NCBI RefSeq assembly: GCF_009914755.1
Contig: NC_060927.1
DNA: 64,000 nt
Reading direction: 5' to 3' (one strand)
DNA from: the human T2T-CHM13v2.0 reference genome, Homo sapiens
Below, in pieces: positions 1 through 15,100 of this stretch; position 1 is the first letter of the stretch, and each line of letters begins with the position of its first letter. The position numbers and the translations under genes were made by a program. Under the pieces are notes generated by a model that saw only the letters and a list, made by a program, of their open reading frames with translations, ran no database searches and was not told the DNA's origin.

Positions 1-125
1 AATGAGGATAATGATATCTATTTAACAGGATTGTTGAGAGAGTTAAATGAATTACATATGCAAAATGCTTAGAAGAGCACCTGATGCATAGTATACGTGC
101 CGTATAAATATTAGCTATTTATTGT
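1..125 (+). mobile_element. MIR 3' portion
   Basis: aatgaggataatg...ggattgttgagagagttaaatga...aaatgcttagaa...taaatattagctatt. Confidence 0.65.
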
Positions 126-707
126 TATGGCATGTAGTTGGCCTAATAGAAGAGGTAGAATTTGAACTGAAGTTGAAGAATAAGTGTATCTGAGTATATA
201 GAGACAAGCTGCCAGTATGTGTGTACACATTTCTATGTGGCTGTAAAGATTAGCAGTTACAGTGTTGTAAGTAGGTGTTTTCATTTTATGTCTACAGGTT
301 TCCAGCCACTGCACTGGGTTAGGAAAGTAATTCTACAGTTTTTGACCCAGCAGAACTTAGAGTCCACTTCCCTTCTACTGATCTCATGATAGACACTGAT
401 ATGTTCATAATGGCATTCTTTCCAACGAGCAGGTATAGCTTCAAAGTTCTTCACAACATGACCTTCTAGGGTGGCCCTGCCAGTGATCACAAGAGCCGAT
501 AAGAGAAAAACACACACACTATTCCCAGAGGAGTCATTCTTTTCACAGCAGAGAAACTGGATCCCAGAGAAGTGAAGTCACTTGTCCAAGGCCACACACA
601 GGCAGCCAGAGCAAGAAGAACTGGGGTCACTCTACCCTCTGAGGGGTGATTATCTTTCCATCGTCCATATCACTTGTTTATCTCAGTTTCTAACTAAAAT
701 TTTCTGC

Positions 708-1660
708 CACAAATATTTGCAAACTATTCATCTGACAAAAGTCTAATATGTAGAATCTCTAAGGAACTTAAACAACTCAACAAGAAAAAAAAAACCCATT
801 AACAAGGGGGCAAATGACATGAACAGACATTTCTCAAAAGAAGACCTACAAGTGACCAACAAAAATATGAAAAAATGCTCATCATCACTAATCATCAGAG
901 AAATGCAGATTAAAACCACAGTGAGATACCATCTCACACCAATTGGAATGGCTATTATTAAAAACTCAAAAAATGACAGATGTTGGTCAGGATAAGGAGA
1001 AAAGAGAATGTTTACACATTGTTGGTGGGAATGTAAATGAGTTCAGTCTCTGTGGAATAGATTGGAGTATTCTCAAAGACCTAAAAATAGAACTGCCATT
1101 TGATCCAGCAATCCCATTACTGGGTATGTACCCGAAGGAAAATGAATCATTCTACCAAAAAGACACATGCACTCATGTATTTATTGCAGCACCATTCACA
1201 ATGGCAAAGTTATAGAATCAACCTAGATACCCATCAATGGTGGACTGGATAAAGAAGATGTGGTACCTATGCACCATGGAAAACTACGAAGCCGTAAAAA
1301 GTAATGAAATTATGTCCTTTGCAGTAACATGAATGTAGCTGGAGGCCATTATCCTAAATGAATTAATGCAGGAACAGAAAATCAAATATTACATGTTCTC
1401 ACTTATCTGTGGGAGCTAAACAAGGGGTATACACAGACATAAAGAGAGAAAAAATAGACACAGGAGACTTCAAAAGAAGAGAAGGAGGGAGGGGGGCAAG
1501 AGTTGTAAAACTACCTTTTGGGTACTACGTTCACTGTTTGGGTTCAATACAAGCACAAAAAGCACATTATGCAATATATTCATTATATCCTTATGTCTGT
1601 GTAACCAACCTGCATATGTACCCCCTAAATCTTAAACAAACAAACAAACAGCAACAAAAA
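708..1660 (+). mobile_element. L1 3' fragment (ORF2 C-terminus plus 3'UTR, L1PB-like), degenerate
   Basis: ORF 943-1215 contains ELPFDPAIPLLGMYPKE (L1 ORF2 C-terminus), followed by L1 3'UTR and an A-rich tail. Confidence 0.9.
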
Positions 1661-2419
1661 AAACCCACACCAGTGCTGGAGCCAGGTCTGGGTCCAAATA
1701 AGTTTGTTAAAAAAAAGTTCTGCCACCAATTATATTGGTACAGGCTTAGATGGTGGAAGCATATATACGTATACACAAATATATATGTGTATGTATATAT
1801 GTATGTATATATTAAATTATGTATGTGTGTATAGATATATCACATTGAATACATATAACTGCAAGTAATTAAAAACAAAAGGAAGCAAGGTACATTCATT
1901 GATCCATGAGGTGCCCTATTGTGATATTATTGTGAAATGCATAAAGCTTTGCATGCTCTGCAGTAGTGCTGATGGTACTATCTATCTGGCTTAACCAAAT
2001 TATTGTGACACGATCTTGTACTCAGGTTGCAAATGAAAGCGCTCCACCAAGCTCCTCAGCAGCAGACTGAGTGTCCTTTAGAGCTTCATGCCCATAAGCA
2101 TAATTTGTGATATTTTACTGCTCTTAAATGATGCATGATGAAATGATTGAAGACATCATTATGTGGAACAAAATGCACTGGGGAGTGTGATGCTAACTAT
2201 TAAGCACTTCAAGCTTCTATGGGAGTGTTGAGTACTTTTACTGAAAAACAGTAAGGAAGCGCTGTTTGTTATGATCAAGACTGTATCTAGAGAAAGAGCA
2301 GTGCCTTAATCATATATAGACATGTTCGGCAAGCCTGGCAAGTGGGAGGGAGTAAGAGGAGTACGCAGCTTGATGCTGGATTTTAGTGATTTAATCAGCA
2401 TTCACTAAAAGACTGTTAA

Positions 2420-2596
2420 AGTGGTTCCCAATCTTGGCCAAATATTAGAATTATCTGGGGAATTTTAAAAACTACTATTTGGGCACTCCCTTCTGAGGGT
2501 TTCAATTTAGTTTGAAAATTTAGTCAGGGCCAGGCATTGGTAGTTTTTAAAGCTCCCAGACGATTCTAATGTACAGCCAGAGCTGAGAACCAATGG
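2420..2596. mobile_element. MER5-type hAT-Charlie MITE
   Basis: agtggttcccaatcttggc...gattctaatgtacagccagagctgagaaccaatg. Confidence 0.7.
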
Positions 2597-3184
2597 TCTA
2601 GTACTTGAGGAGAAAACAGTTGTAGATCTTTACAGATGCATCAATGAACTTTTAAAAAAATGTCCTCCCTTTTTAAAAAATGCTCACATGGGGATTGTTG
2701 TGAGAATATAGGAGCAGGAGAGAAGGAATAATGGGTAAAGAGAATACAGGAGAGGGACAAATGTCTCTCAAAACCTTCACCAGATGTTTAAAAACTCACC
2801 TTAGGTGAGTGACTTCATAAAAATGCTAGTGACAAATCATGTCTGGAATATGACTCAATGTCTCTACTCTGGAGTTGTAAAAGGGCTTGATTTGTTCATC
2901 AATCCATTCGTTTAGTGAGCTTTTATAAGAGTACATGGTGCAAAAAACAATGTGCTGTGTTCTTTGTGCTCTTCAGAAGGAACACCTGCACAATTCTGAG
3001 GCAACCAACACCTGAAAGGTACAGAATATGCACATGTGGGTGGTGGACTTCCCTTTTTCCCTCTTTGGAGCCAGGTACTTTCTCTGGCTCAGGTAAATAT
3101 AACTCAGGACTGGGAGGAAGGTATTGCATTTGCATGGTAAGGTGCGAGAGATAAGCAGGGTTTCAGGGGGTTACATTTTGATAG

Positions 3185-3421
3185 TGTAAGAGCCAAGGGA
3201 AAATGTCCGCTTTGCCCTCTGAAGGTTCACTGAAAAATCAACTGACAAAAGGGAGATTAATAGGAGAAATGGCACACAAATTTATTAATGTGCATGGAGA
3301 AGAATGATAGAATGATTACCCCAACACCCCAATGGGGGTACAGATGCTTATATGCCATCTTGAGTTTACAGAAAGAATGGAGGACTTGGATCATGGCCCA
3401 AAACAGGTTATGGTGGTAAAT
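3185..3421 (-). mobile_element. ERV1 LTR 3' fragment (MER39/MER34-like)
   Basis: The reverse complement resembles the 3' end of the LTR at 61364-61955 (ccctctgaaggttcactgaaaaatca...tttattaatgtgca). Confidence 0.7.
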
Positions 3422-5580
3422 CATGCCTCTGTCCCATCCACTCTTACACCATAGCCAGTGCCATCATCTTACAGTATAAATGACATCACATTCCTTGCAC
3501 ATCACCCCCCTGCTTAGTGTCCCTCAATTAGAGACGTTTGAATCCTGCTCTACTGCAGCTGGAAGAGCTATGTTCCCTTTGCCCCAAGGACTTCATCATC
3601 CCCAACCACCTGTCGCTGTCTCTCTAGCACACTAGTGTTTTCTTTTTAAACTTTATCACAATTCATAAATATTTTGCTTGCTTGTATTTTTGTTGTTGTT
3701 GTCGTTATCTTGCCTACCAGATACTATCATTAATAACTCCAGAGATGTTTCTGCTTCTGTCTCATTCATTTTCATTTTCTAGTACCAAGCCCAAAGACTA
3801 GCACATGGTAGGCTTTTATTCCCTATGTATTTTTTTAAAAGTTTCAAACATAATGTTAACAGAATTTGACAATTAATGCCTGTATACCTAGCATCTAGTT
3901 TCTATTGTTATGTTTTCCTCATCACATATTTTTTCATTTTTCCATCCTTGTATCTACCCATCAATACATGGTTGACTTTTAATAAATTTATTGAATGAAT
4001 GAATAAGTGTTACTCTTTTAGTCCATAGTCAGGAGCTGTCCATCTTTTGGTTGGCCTAATACAGACACTGAGCTTCTTTGTTTTTGTGTGGTCACAAGGT
4101 AGAAGGAGCTATATAATGTCCTCGTGGGTGGGAATTTGCTAAGCCCTGTATCAGGAGATTCAGAAATAAGGACAAATCTGCCTTCTAGAATCACCCCAGT
4201 AAGAGGATCTAAATATATTTGTGATGGAAGAAGAAAAAAATAGGAAATGTGGATGAGTGTTTTTTTTCCACAAACAACTTAATGAAGATTGGTTAGTCCT
4301 ATCTTGATATTTAAACTGCCTGATATCTTGACATTTTGTGTTTTTTGTTGCACAAGCAGATAAAAGTAACTGTTGACTTGGCCAATACCAGGGAAAGAAC
4401 ATTTTACAATTTCTCGTTCGGTGAGTGACAAATGCAAGCTCACCGGAGCCATGGAACCTTTGGCCTTTCTTGTTTTTAAAGTTCTGTACACATCATTGAA
4501 ATATCCAAGTAATGGAAGCAAAGGAAAAACACACAAAAAGTGTTTCTAATCTAGGCAAACTGGGGTCAAGGTAAAGAATGTCTCTCTCCATGTCTAGAAA
4601 ATAAACTTAGCAGGCAGGGAAAGTAATGCTTACTCTTCTTTCCCACTACATGCTGATTGATAGGTTTTTTTTCCCAAACTATTTTTGATTATGTTTTTTG
4701 GACCCTGTATTTATTATTTTGACTGCTCAGAAGAAACACCTTCGAAGTGACATCCTGGGGTGGTGCTTTGCAATAATCTTTTATTAAGCTTTGCTGTGTC
4801 TATTCATGTTTATTTTAACTCTCTTATTTTTAGATGGAGGATTTTTTGAGAAGGTCAATGCAGTATCTTTGTGATTGAATTCCAGGAGTACTTAGCAGGG
4901 GTCCATGTATATAAGGGTGTTGAATCATTATGAACTGGGAATGCATCCAAGTTCATGCTTAACTGAGAATTCTCTTTAAATATTTAGAAGTGAAAGCAAT
5001 CTTTCAAAATAGTCATGTGGGCCTTGGAAGCATAGAAATGGGTGAACACAGCATCCTAGGTACAGCAGCAAAGGTGACAGCTGGGACCTCAGCTTATCAT
5101 TCCTCCAACCTTGGCTGTCTCCTAACGCTCTTCCTTCTATTTGATGGAGTTCTACTTTCAAACGTTGGTGACACTCATCCCATCAACTTTCATCTGTTCA
5201 TTTTGTCCTCCCCTGGGCTTTCGTGTGCAAAATATTTGCAGGGCCCGGTGTGGTCCTGACCTGGATTTGCATCCTTGCTATGCTACTAGTAGCTACTAGT
5301 AGCTAATCGACCTTGAACAAGAAATGTAACTTTTTCAAGTTCCAGGCTCTTTACCTGTAAGTAGGAGACCTTTATACCTACTCCAACATGGAAAATGTGT
5401 CCAGCATGGAGAAGTCCCTTGATAAATGTTAGGTTTTTGTTACCGTTTTAACACCAGTTACCACATTGGATTACTAAAAAATGATAAGCTGGGGAGAAAT
5501 ATGCAATGTAACATCTAGATATTTAGTGCAATATGAATAAAAAGTAAATCTGGAAGTAGATATTTACTTACAAAATTAAT

Positions 5581-5586
5581 TTTATT
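5581..5586 (-). terminator. Likely distal polyadenylation signal AATAAA of SPTSSB
   Basis: Plus-strand TTTATT at the end of the repeat-free AT-rich 3'UTR. A MIR begins about 150 bp further downstream. Confidence 0.6.
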
Positions 5587-6857
5587 TTGCAAAACTCAAC
5601 AAATACATGTTCAGATCTGGTTTCTCTTCAAAACATGTGTTTGTTTTTTTAACAAACATGCAAGTTAATTTGGCATGCCAAACATCTTTCTCTCTAGCTC
5701 ACCTTGGAAAAATTTTTTTCATAACACAAACAAGGGTGCAAATATTGTCCAAACCTATTTACATTTTTACCCTCTAGAATTACATACATTAATATTTATT
5801 GGGAGGAAAGCAAAACTGCAAAACGTAGTCTTTGGCATTCACATTTGCTTCAGCAGTATAATTAAAACCTTATATTTGTTTTAAAGATAAACAGTTTGAA
5901 GGAAATTTAATAAATCTTGTTTTGGCTCTGCAAAGGAGCCACTATATCAAAGCATTTAACTGGAGCTGTTGAGTTCCTGCTGGTAGAATATTACTTCCAG
6001 CCTATTTATTAGCTTGTCTTCCGGTGGCCCAATACATGCTTTTTTCCCTCTACACTGAATGAAAGTACAAAAAGAAAACCATTTCTTTTCTCTTTTTCCC
6101 CCAGCATCATGCAAGGCAAGGCAACACCACAAATACAATAACTGAATTTACTTTGATTATACTTTAGTTTCTTACACTTAAAATTATTTTGTATTATAAT
6201 ACTTACTTGGTTATCTAAAATCAACATTGTTGATTTTAAACGGTTATAAAGCCAGACTTTAAGAAGCATTTAAAACAATTCATGAACTCTGTATGAAAGG
6301 AAATAATTGCCTCCAGCTTATTCTTTTGCATTTGAAGTAAAAGAATTTCCAGTATCATCAGTTTACTAGAAAATAAGACTTAGGGGGTCCATATAATTTA
6401 TTCACATCTTTTTATACATCGTAAACAAGGATAGGATACTTCTGACAGTAGCCTATAAAGATTTTTTAAAATTTATCCTTTAGTATAGAATAAGTGTCAA
6501 GGGAGCACTTTAAGCATGATTCTGGTAGGTCTGTTAGGAGTCTATTTTCCAGAAAAATTTTGTAGGAAATTGTTCTGATTTTAAATAAACTAAATTCATA
6601 GATTTGTGTTGACAGAATATGATTTGTGAGGTAAAGTCACTGTATTATCTCCGGTCTAAAGCACAATGTAGCATGTGCAAAAGAAACTAAAGAGACATGT
6701 ATTTCAAACTCCAGGCAGAAAGGCAGAATATAAGAGTGCATAGAGAAGAGAGTGCTTTTCAGGTCAGATAGTGAAGGAAGACACAATAGTTACCTAAATC
6801 AATAAGCTGTAAGCAACATATAAATATGCAATGCCATTTCACTGAATGTGAACAGGA

Positions 6858-7088
6858 TCAATTAGAAATTGTACTGTGATATCCACATATTTTTGAGAAA
6901 AATTCCCAAGCCAGGCGAATGTGGATTGGAATAAAGACATAGGCAGTGTATACCACCATAGCAATAATGGTTAGTAAGATGGTGTTAAACATAGATCGCT
7001 CCCAGGGCTCTAAAACAGCACAGCAGCTAATGATTTGGTATTGATAGTAGAGCCAGGAGAAATATTCCTTCACACGCCTCAAATCCAT
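6858..7088 (-). CDS. SPTSSB: Serine palmitoyltransferase small subunit B (ssSPTb), 76 aa, whole CDS in one exon
   Basis: Translation [76 protein letters not shown] has the SPT small-subunit LEPWE motif, one TM helix, Val25 and His56. ATG is in a strong Kozak context (GCCAACCATGG) and the TGA stop is at 6860-6858. Confidence 0.97.
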
Positions 7089-8020
7089 GGTTGGCTCCTT
7101 CAAGCTGCAGTAAGTTTGTCCTGTTAAAGAATGTAACAGATTAGAGGATGAGGAACCAAACATAGAATCACTTTAAAATTTCATGATCTCAGCATGTTAA
7201 AATCTTTCAAAGATTTGTTAAAGATCATTGAATATATTATTAATATATGAATATTCTGTAAAATAATACATACTATATTAACTATAAAAATTAATAATAT
7301 TGTCACCACTACTAATAATCACTACTAAAATTGGCAGCAATAATACTATTAGTAACAGTAACATCTATCTAAACATGACAATTGTTAGAAATAACTTTAG
7401 TGATAATGGTACCTAAAAATTGAGGTTAGCCTCATTTTCCTGAGCCATGTATACAAAGAGAAATAAAAGTGAACCTAAGCACAGCTCTGAGGAAGAGACT
7501 TTTGAGATAAGGTCCAAGGGATCATTATGAGTCAAATGGATAGAATAGACAGTGAAGTAGGGAGAACAGCCAAGACAGAGGGAACAATATGTACAAAGGT
7601 TGGAGGTGGGAAGAAGTAGGTTGCTTTTGAGGGGCCACGGAGGGAGAAGGGAGCAGGGAGTGTGATGACACTGAAGAGGTGGGAATGGCCACAGTGAGGC
7701 CAGAAGCTGTAGGGCCTAGTTGGATAAGTTAACTGTTTTATCTTCAACCTCTGAGTTAGGGCAATGCTGTGGTGGGTTTGAGAGGAGGAGGCTTTAAGTT
7801 CATGTGGTAATGCTGCATTCTGGAGTCAAGTTGAAATGACTTTGGAGCCCAAGTATTTCAGAAAATCTGTACCTCTACTCTTCCCTAGGGCATTACTGTT
7901 TCAGAATCAACAGTATACTGAGAACCTGTTTAAAATATTCTTAAATACTCTTCATTTTTACAAATGAGATAATATTGCTTATTTAGAAATATTATTAACT
8001 TTTCTCTATATGTTGTGGCT

Positions 8021-8326
8021 ATTTATTTATTTATTTGTTTTTGAGAGAGTCTCACTCTGCTGCTTAGGCTAGAATATAGTGGCACAATCTTCGCTCACTA
8101 CAACTTCCACCTCCCAGGTTCAAGAGATTCTCCTGCCTCAGTCTCCTGAGTAGTTGGGATTACAGGCATGCACCACCATGCCCGGCTAATTTTTTTTTGC
8201 ATTTTTAGTAGAGATGGGGTTTCACCATGTTGGCCAGGCTGGTCTTGAACTCCTGACCACAGGTGATCTGCCCGCCTCAGCCTCTCAAAGTGCTGGGATG
8301 ACAGGCATAAGCCACTGTACCCGAAC
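8021..8326 (-). mobile_element. Alu (AluS-like)
   Basis: Full dimer with TSD tgttgtggct at 8011-8020 and 8328-8337. Confidence 0.95.
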
Positions 8327-8355
8327 TTGTTGTGGCTTTTACAAATGCACTAATT

Positions 8356-10052
<1,697 letters not shown>

Positions 10053-11489
10053 AAGAAGGCTAGAAAAAGAGCCTGCATTTGAGGAAATAAGATGACAGAA
10101 ATATGAAATTAATTATCCACTGATAACCTAGAACTAGATGATAGCAAACATTTTAAAGTCCTAAATTTTCACAGTGAAATGTGATATTAATCTATCCACT
10201 TCCTTAGAGACCTAGTGCTGTATCTCAGCAAAGCTAAACCAAGAACTTGAAATGCTTACTTTATTCAGGCACACCATGCATCTCCTGTTTTTAGTTAGGT
10301 GCTTTTGAAAAGATGACTTTCGATATATGGAAAAGAAGGAGAGAGTAGTTTATTCTTTTTTAAAAAGAAAAGTTTCCTCTAAACTTGATGACTTTAAAAA
10401 TGTTCTTAGATCTTTCATGAGATTGTGTATTCAAAGGTGGCACTCCTAAGCAGACTGTGATGTGGCTTCAGGCAGGGGTACAGTGGCCTGGATACAGTTT
10501 GACTCTGACATGCTGAGACAGTGATAATACCGGCTGTAGCCTGAATGTTTCTGTGTTGGAAGTCCACTAAAAGGTTATTTCATAACTGGGAATGCAGAGT
10601 AAATGATTATTTCTTATTTCTGATTGTTACTACTCTTTTATCAACGGGTGGTGATTTCCCTCTCATTAGATTTGTGTGCGGTGGAGAAGGAGATGAAGTT
10701 ACATCTCCTCTCTCAGATAGAGAGGGAGAAGATTTGAGACTTATGACTCATTACACAGGGGCAGGACTTTGTTCTGGCTTGGATGGAGAAGAAAGTGAAT
10801 AAATGTAACAATTAAAAAAAACCACATGTGGTAACACGAACACTGCTGTATGAGTCATGGAATGTGAACACAGTTGAGGGGAGCTTGCAAGAAAAGTATT
10901 GGCTGGGCTTGCTCAGGGAGCTCTTTGTTGTTGTTTTCTGTTTTGGGGAACAGGACTGGAAGGAAGTTAGGTAACTGCAATGAAAGAGGCGTAGCAGGTG
11001 ATTTGGTACAGTGGTATTTACCTTGGAAATATTGCAGAAGACGTGATCAGTAGCCCTCCCCCTGCCAAAAAAGAACTACCCCAAGTTACTGGATTTTCTC
11101 ATTAAGGAATTTCCTATTCTAAAGGTAGCTATTCTCCTGGGGAAAAAAAAGACTTAGTACATTTTGGTTTAAATTTACTTCTAGAACATCAGAATCAGGG
11201 ACTGAACAGTTAGAAGGGCCTAAAGTTGATTTTTGGGTTAACTCCTTCTCAACTCACTTTGGAACTCTACATCAATCACTCAGCTTCATTTTTTTTTTGT
11301 GCTTCATATTTGGAACCTGAAAATCTGAGAAGTGATAAAAGTGTCCTGCCAGTTGCAGAGAGAGATGCTGTATCTAAAAAGAGACTCTTTCTGTACTCAC
11401 AGTAGCTTTCTTTGGAAACAGCTTAATATGACTTACTCAAGTACAAGCCCTCCTTTAACTGAGTAATTCATTTATTTAAAAAATTAGAA

Positions 11490-12125
11490 ATACAGCGATT
11501 TCCTTCCAAAGAACACAGTATGGAAGGGGGGATAAAAATGAGTAACTTTACAGTGGAGAAAACTGATAAGCCCTGCTTCAGCCAGGTGGTCAAGGCCAAC
11601 ATCGATCATTATTAGTCATGTTGATAACAATCATGATATGAATAATCTTCATGATATGATGTCAAAAAAGACACTTTACCTCTGTGGTCTTCTTCCCAAT
11701 AACCCATAGATCCAGCCTAATCATGAGAAAGGTATCAGACAAATTCCATTAGAGGGGCATTCTACAAGATACCTGACCAGTACTCCCCAAAACCCCCAAG
11801 GTCATCAAAAACAAGCAAACTGTGAAAAATTGTTATAGCCAAAGGAGGCTAAGGGAGGCATTATGACTAATTGTAATGTGGTATCCCAGATGGAATCCTG
11901 GAACAGAAAAGGGACATTAAGTAATAACTAAGGACATATGAGTAAAGTAAGAACTTTAGTTAATACTAGTATATCAATATTGGTTCATTAATTGTAATGA
12001 ATATGTTATACTAATGTAAGATTTTAAAGGGGACACTGGATTCAGGGTATATGGGAACTCCCTGTATTGTCTTCTTGATTTTTCTGTAAATCTACAACTG
12101 TCCTAAACAATGAAGCCGATCCAAA
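11490..12125 (+). mobile_element. Old L1 3'UTR (L1MC-like)
   Basis: gtaactttacagtggagaaa...tcctggaacagaaaaggg...gggtatatgggaactc...ttttctgtaaatct. Confidence 0.7.
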
Positions 12126-12642
12126 AGAGAAAAGATTAATTAGGAAAGCCTTCAAAGGTCCAGAGTTATCCCTATTCTAAACTCCAGTGAACTTTGCTGA
12201 AGCTTTACTTCCTATCTGGAAAATTTTTCCCAATAACTATGTACATAGATGAGTAATATCCTTGCATAAGAGACTGGCTTTTAAAATTTCTTAAACACAA
12301 TAAAGAGGAAAAATACATCTTACATTGTGATCCATGGTGTATACACTCACACATACACACACAGAGAGAGAGAGAGAAAGAGAGAGAGAGTCATATAACT
12401 GAAACAAACATCTCTCAAAAGAATACTTTGCAGAGCATGCTGATATTTTTTATTCTATTCTGTTCCATTATATTTATTCTTATCTATTCTAGTTAATTCT
12501 ACCTTATTTTGTTATTCTCTTCTTTCATTAAAAACATCATGATTGTGTTTACTACATTGATTTCTTAACCTACTAATTGCAACCTGCAGTTGGAAAAATC
12601 CAACTTTAAGGCTTAAGTGTTAGCTTCTCTAAGATGTCTCCG

Positions 12643-12790
12643 TACTGTCCAATATGGCAGCCACTAGTCACACATGACAATTTAAATGTCTAGTGTTTAA
12701 TAGCCACATGTGGCTAGTGGTTACCATACTGGAGAGAAAAGATATAGAATATTTTCAACATTGCAGAATATTTTGTTGGATGGTGCTGTG
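12643..12790. mobile_element. MER3-like hAT DNA transposon remnant
   Basis: ctgtccaatatggcagccactag...agccacatgtggctagtgg...ttggatggtgctg. Confidence 0.7.
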
Positions 12791-15100
12791 GACTCTCCAT
12801 CTGTTGCTTGCACTAATGAAATAGCTACCTACTTGTCTCTTTTTTACCTTACAGTCTTCTAAACTGCTGCTAGAATTAACTGTCCAAACTTAACAGATTC
12901 ATTTCTCTTCTTGAAAGCCTTCAATGGCTCTCCATTTCCTATGAAATAAAACCTTCGTTTAAAGCCCTTCACAGTTTCATTTCTTCACCTCTCCAGTTAA
13001 ATCTCTCAACTCTCCTGCTAAATGCCATTCATTCTAAAGCTTCTATGTTTTCATTCATGCTCTTTTCTTTTCTTGAAATTTTCTTGTGCCCCTTCTCTGC
13101 CAGATAAACTCCTATTTTAAGCTATTGCTTAAAGAAGCTATTTTAAGGCATATCTTCTATATTCTTTCTTCTATGAAACATTCTCAGAAGACCCCTCCCC
13201 TGCAAAGGAAAATATTATTACTCTCTTTTATGTGTTACCATTGTAGCAACATTTTTAGTTATGCACAGTCTGTTTCCCCACAAGACTATGAGGGCTTTGG
13301 GTACTGGGAATGTGCAGCATTCATCTTTTTATCCCCAGTGCCTGGTTGGTGAGCTGGCCTGTTGGCTGACTGACCGATTCAGTTGTAAGGTGGTTGAAGG
13401 CAGGAAGCACACTCGAATGTACTTAATATTTCCACAGCACAATGTGGGGATCATAAAAGGTGCTTCTGAATTCTCATTGTCTGCTTTCAGGCAATGAGTT
13501 TTAGACAGATTGTTTTGTGAAAATTCAGTACAATCTGTTTTTTTGAAGCATGGAAGGGAGCTGGTGCTAAATTTTTAAAAATATATATAACAAATGCTTT
13601 TTTACTTTCTTATAATGTTAAAAGTTCATGGACTCTGCAGGGGAATAAGAAAGACTTATGAATTAGTTTTAAATCCTATTGAAATAGCTCTTAGAAGTGC
13701 TTACTCTAGGTGAGTAATAATTTAAGATTGGTAGGTAGAAAAGTGGTTCTAATGGGAAAAATTCCAGGATGGGAACACCTGGACACTTGAAGACTTGAAT
13801 TCTATTGCAGCTCTTTTCCTCTCTTTCTATTTATTTATTTTATTTGTGTCTTTGGGTAAATTCCAAAATCTTCTTGTGTCACAGTTTCTCCATGTGTAAA
13901 ACTGAGATAATTGATAATTGTCTCTGAGCCTGTTTGAGTGATGTAGTAAGGAGAGTTGGAATGGGTTTTAGCTCTTTAGACATAATAGTAATATTCACAG
14001 CAACTGTAGTGTCTTGTCATTACTTGTAGATTTGTAAAACTTTAAGCCACTTGCAAGATTTTACTAAATTATAGACTCAAAGAGTCTTTGTGGAATATAA
14101 CAGTTACTTCAACAATGGAGTGATTTGTATATTTGATGGGGAAAAAACTACCCCTTATTTATGTTTGCTAATTGAATCATCTAGTACCTTAAAATAAATA
14201 AATAAATACACACGTTTGTAGCCATGATTGCTACATGGCTTCACTACTTGAAAGGTATTGGAACCTGTAAACAAATGGCGAAATATTTCTTGGGCAGGGC
14301 CACCACATACTGTTGTGTGGGCTGTGCACTGCACAACCAATGTGATTGTTCTTGTCTCGGGGGCCTAATCACAAGCTGCATCTTCATGTGAGCACAATTA
14401 GATTCACAGAGATACAAAGACATGCAATTTCTTATTGTATCGGACACATGAATGTGGTTTAAGTTTATCTGATTAATGGGGCAAAACCTTATATTGCTTC
14501 TGTGTAAGAATTAGACATAACCTCAGTTTATTGGCTGATCAGTTTCCAGATACCTTGCTCTACATTCTCTGTGGGTGACCCCAATGTTTTCTGTGCCCTA
14601 CAGAAAATTCCATCCTTGTTTAAACTTTTGGAGGAGAATTTTCTTTTCATCTTAGAATACTCCCCAGCCTTCCTTTGGCAACCAATTCCTCATGTTGACA
14701 GCAGAGTGAATACCAGAAGTCAGACCAGAGGTGAAGATTTGGAGTCCAAGTTTTTAGGGGAAGCTGAAAAAAACAACTTAAAAGTTTATGATGAATCAAA
14801 GGTAGGGAAGAAAATCGAACAACCATAGGGCAATTAAGGAACTTTCTCTACACATTCATTAGTTGGATAATTTTATAGACCCTCTAGAGATAAGAAACAA
14901 ACAATTGTAAGTCAAAGCACATTATCGCTTTAGGCAGCAAAGTTACTCTAATTAAATTTTATAATCTTATACTTGGAAGTTTACTGAAATAATATACTAG
15001 AAGGAAAAAGTCTCACTAACAGTTCAGTCAGGTTGTTGTTGATACAGTGTTTTGTGTTATATACAATAACAGAATGTTTTATGGCTACCTGAACTCACCT

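Larger units (their letters stand above)
5565..7120 (-). other. SPTSSB: SPTSSB terminal exon (32 nt of 5'UTR, CDS, ~1.3 kb 3'UTR); 3' end approximate
   Basis: Acceptor ttacattctttaacag|GACAAAC with AG at 7122-7121. AATAAA on the minus strand at 5586-5581, followed by U-rich sequence. Confidence 0.8.

Noticed and set aside
5669-5682. 14-bp palindrome tttggcatgccaaa in the 3'UTR
   Set aside because: Several palindromes of this length are expected by chance in 64 kb.
6851-6860. Stop-codon readthrough or selenocysteine at the SPTSSB TGA
   Set aside because: The context is TGA-TCC, not the TGA-CTAG readthrough motif, and no SECIS was recognised.
7089-7163. 101-aa version of the SPTSSB ORF starting at 7163
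   Set aside because: The upstream ATG lies in the intron beyond the acceptor at 7122-7121. The ATG at 7088 has a strong Kozak context and matches the known N-terminus.
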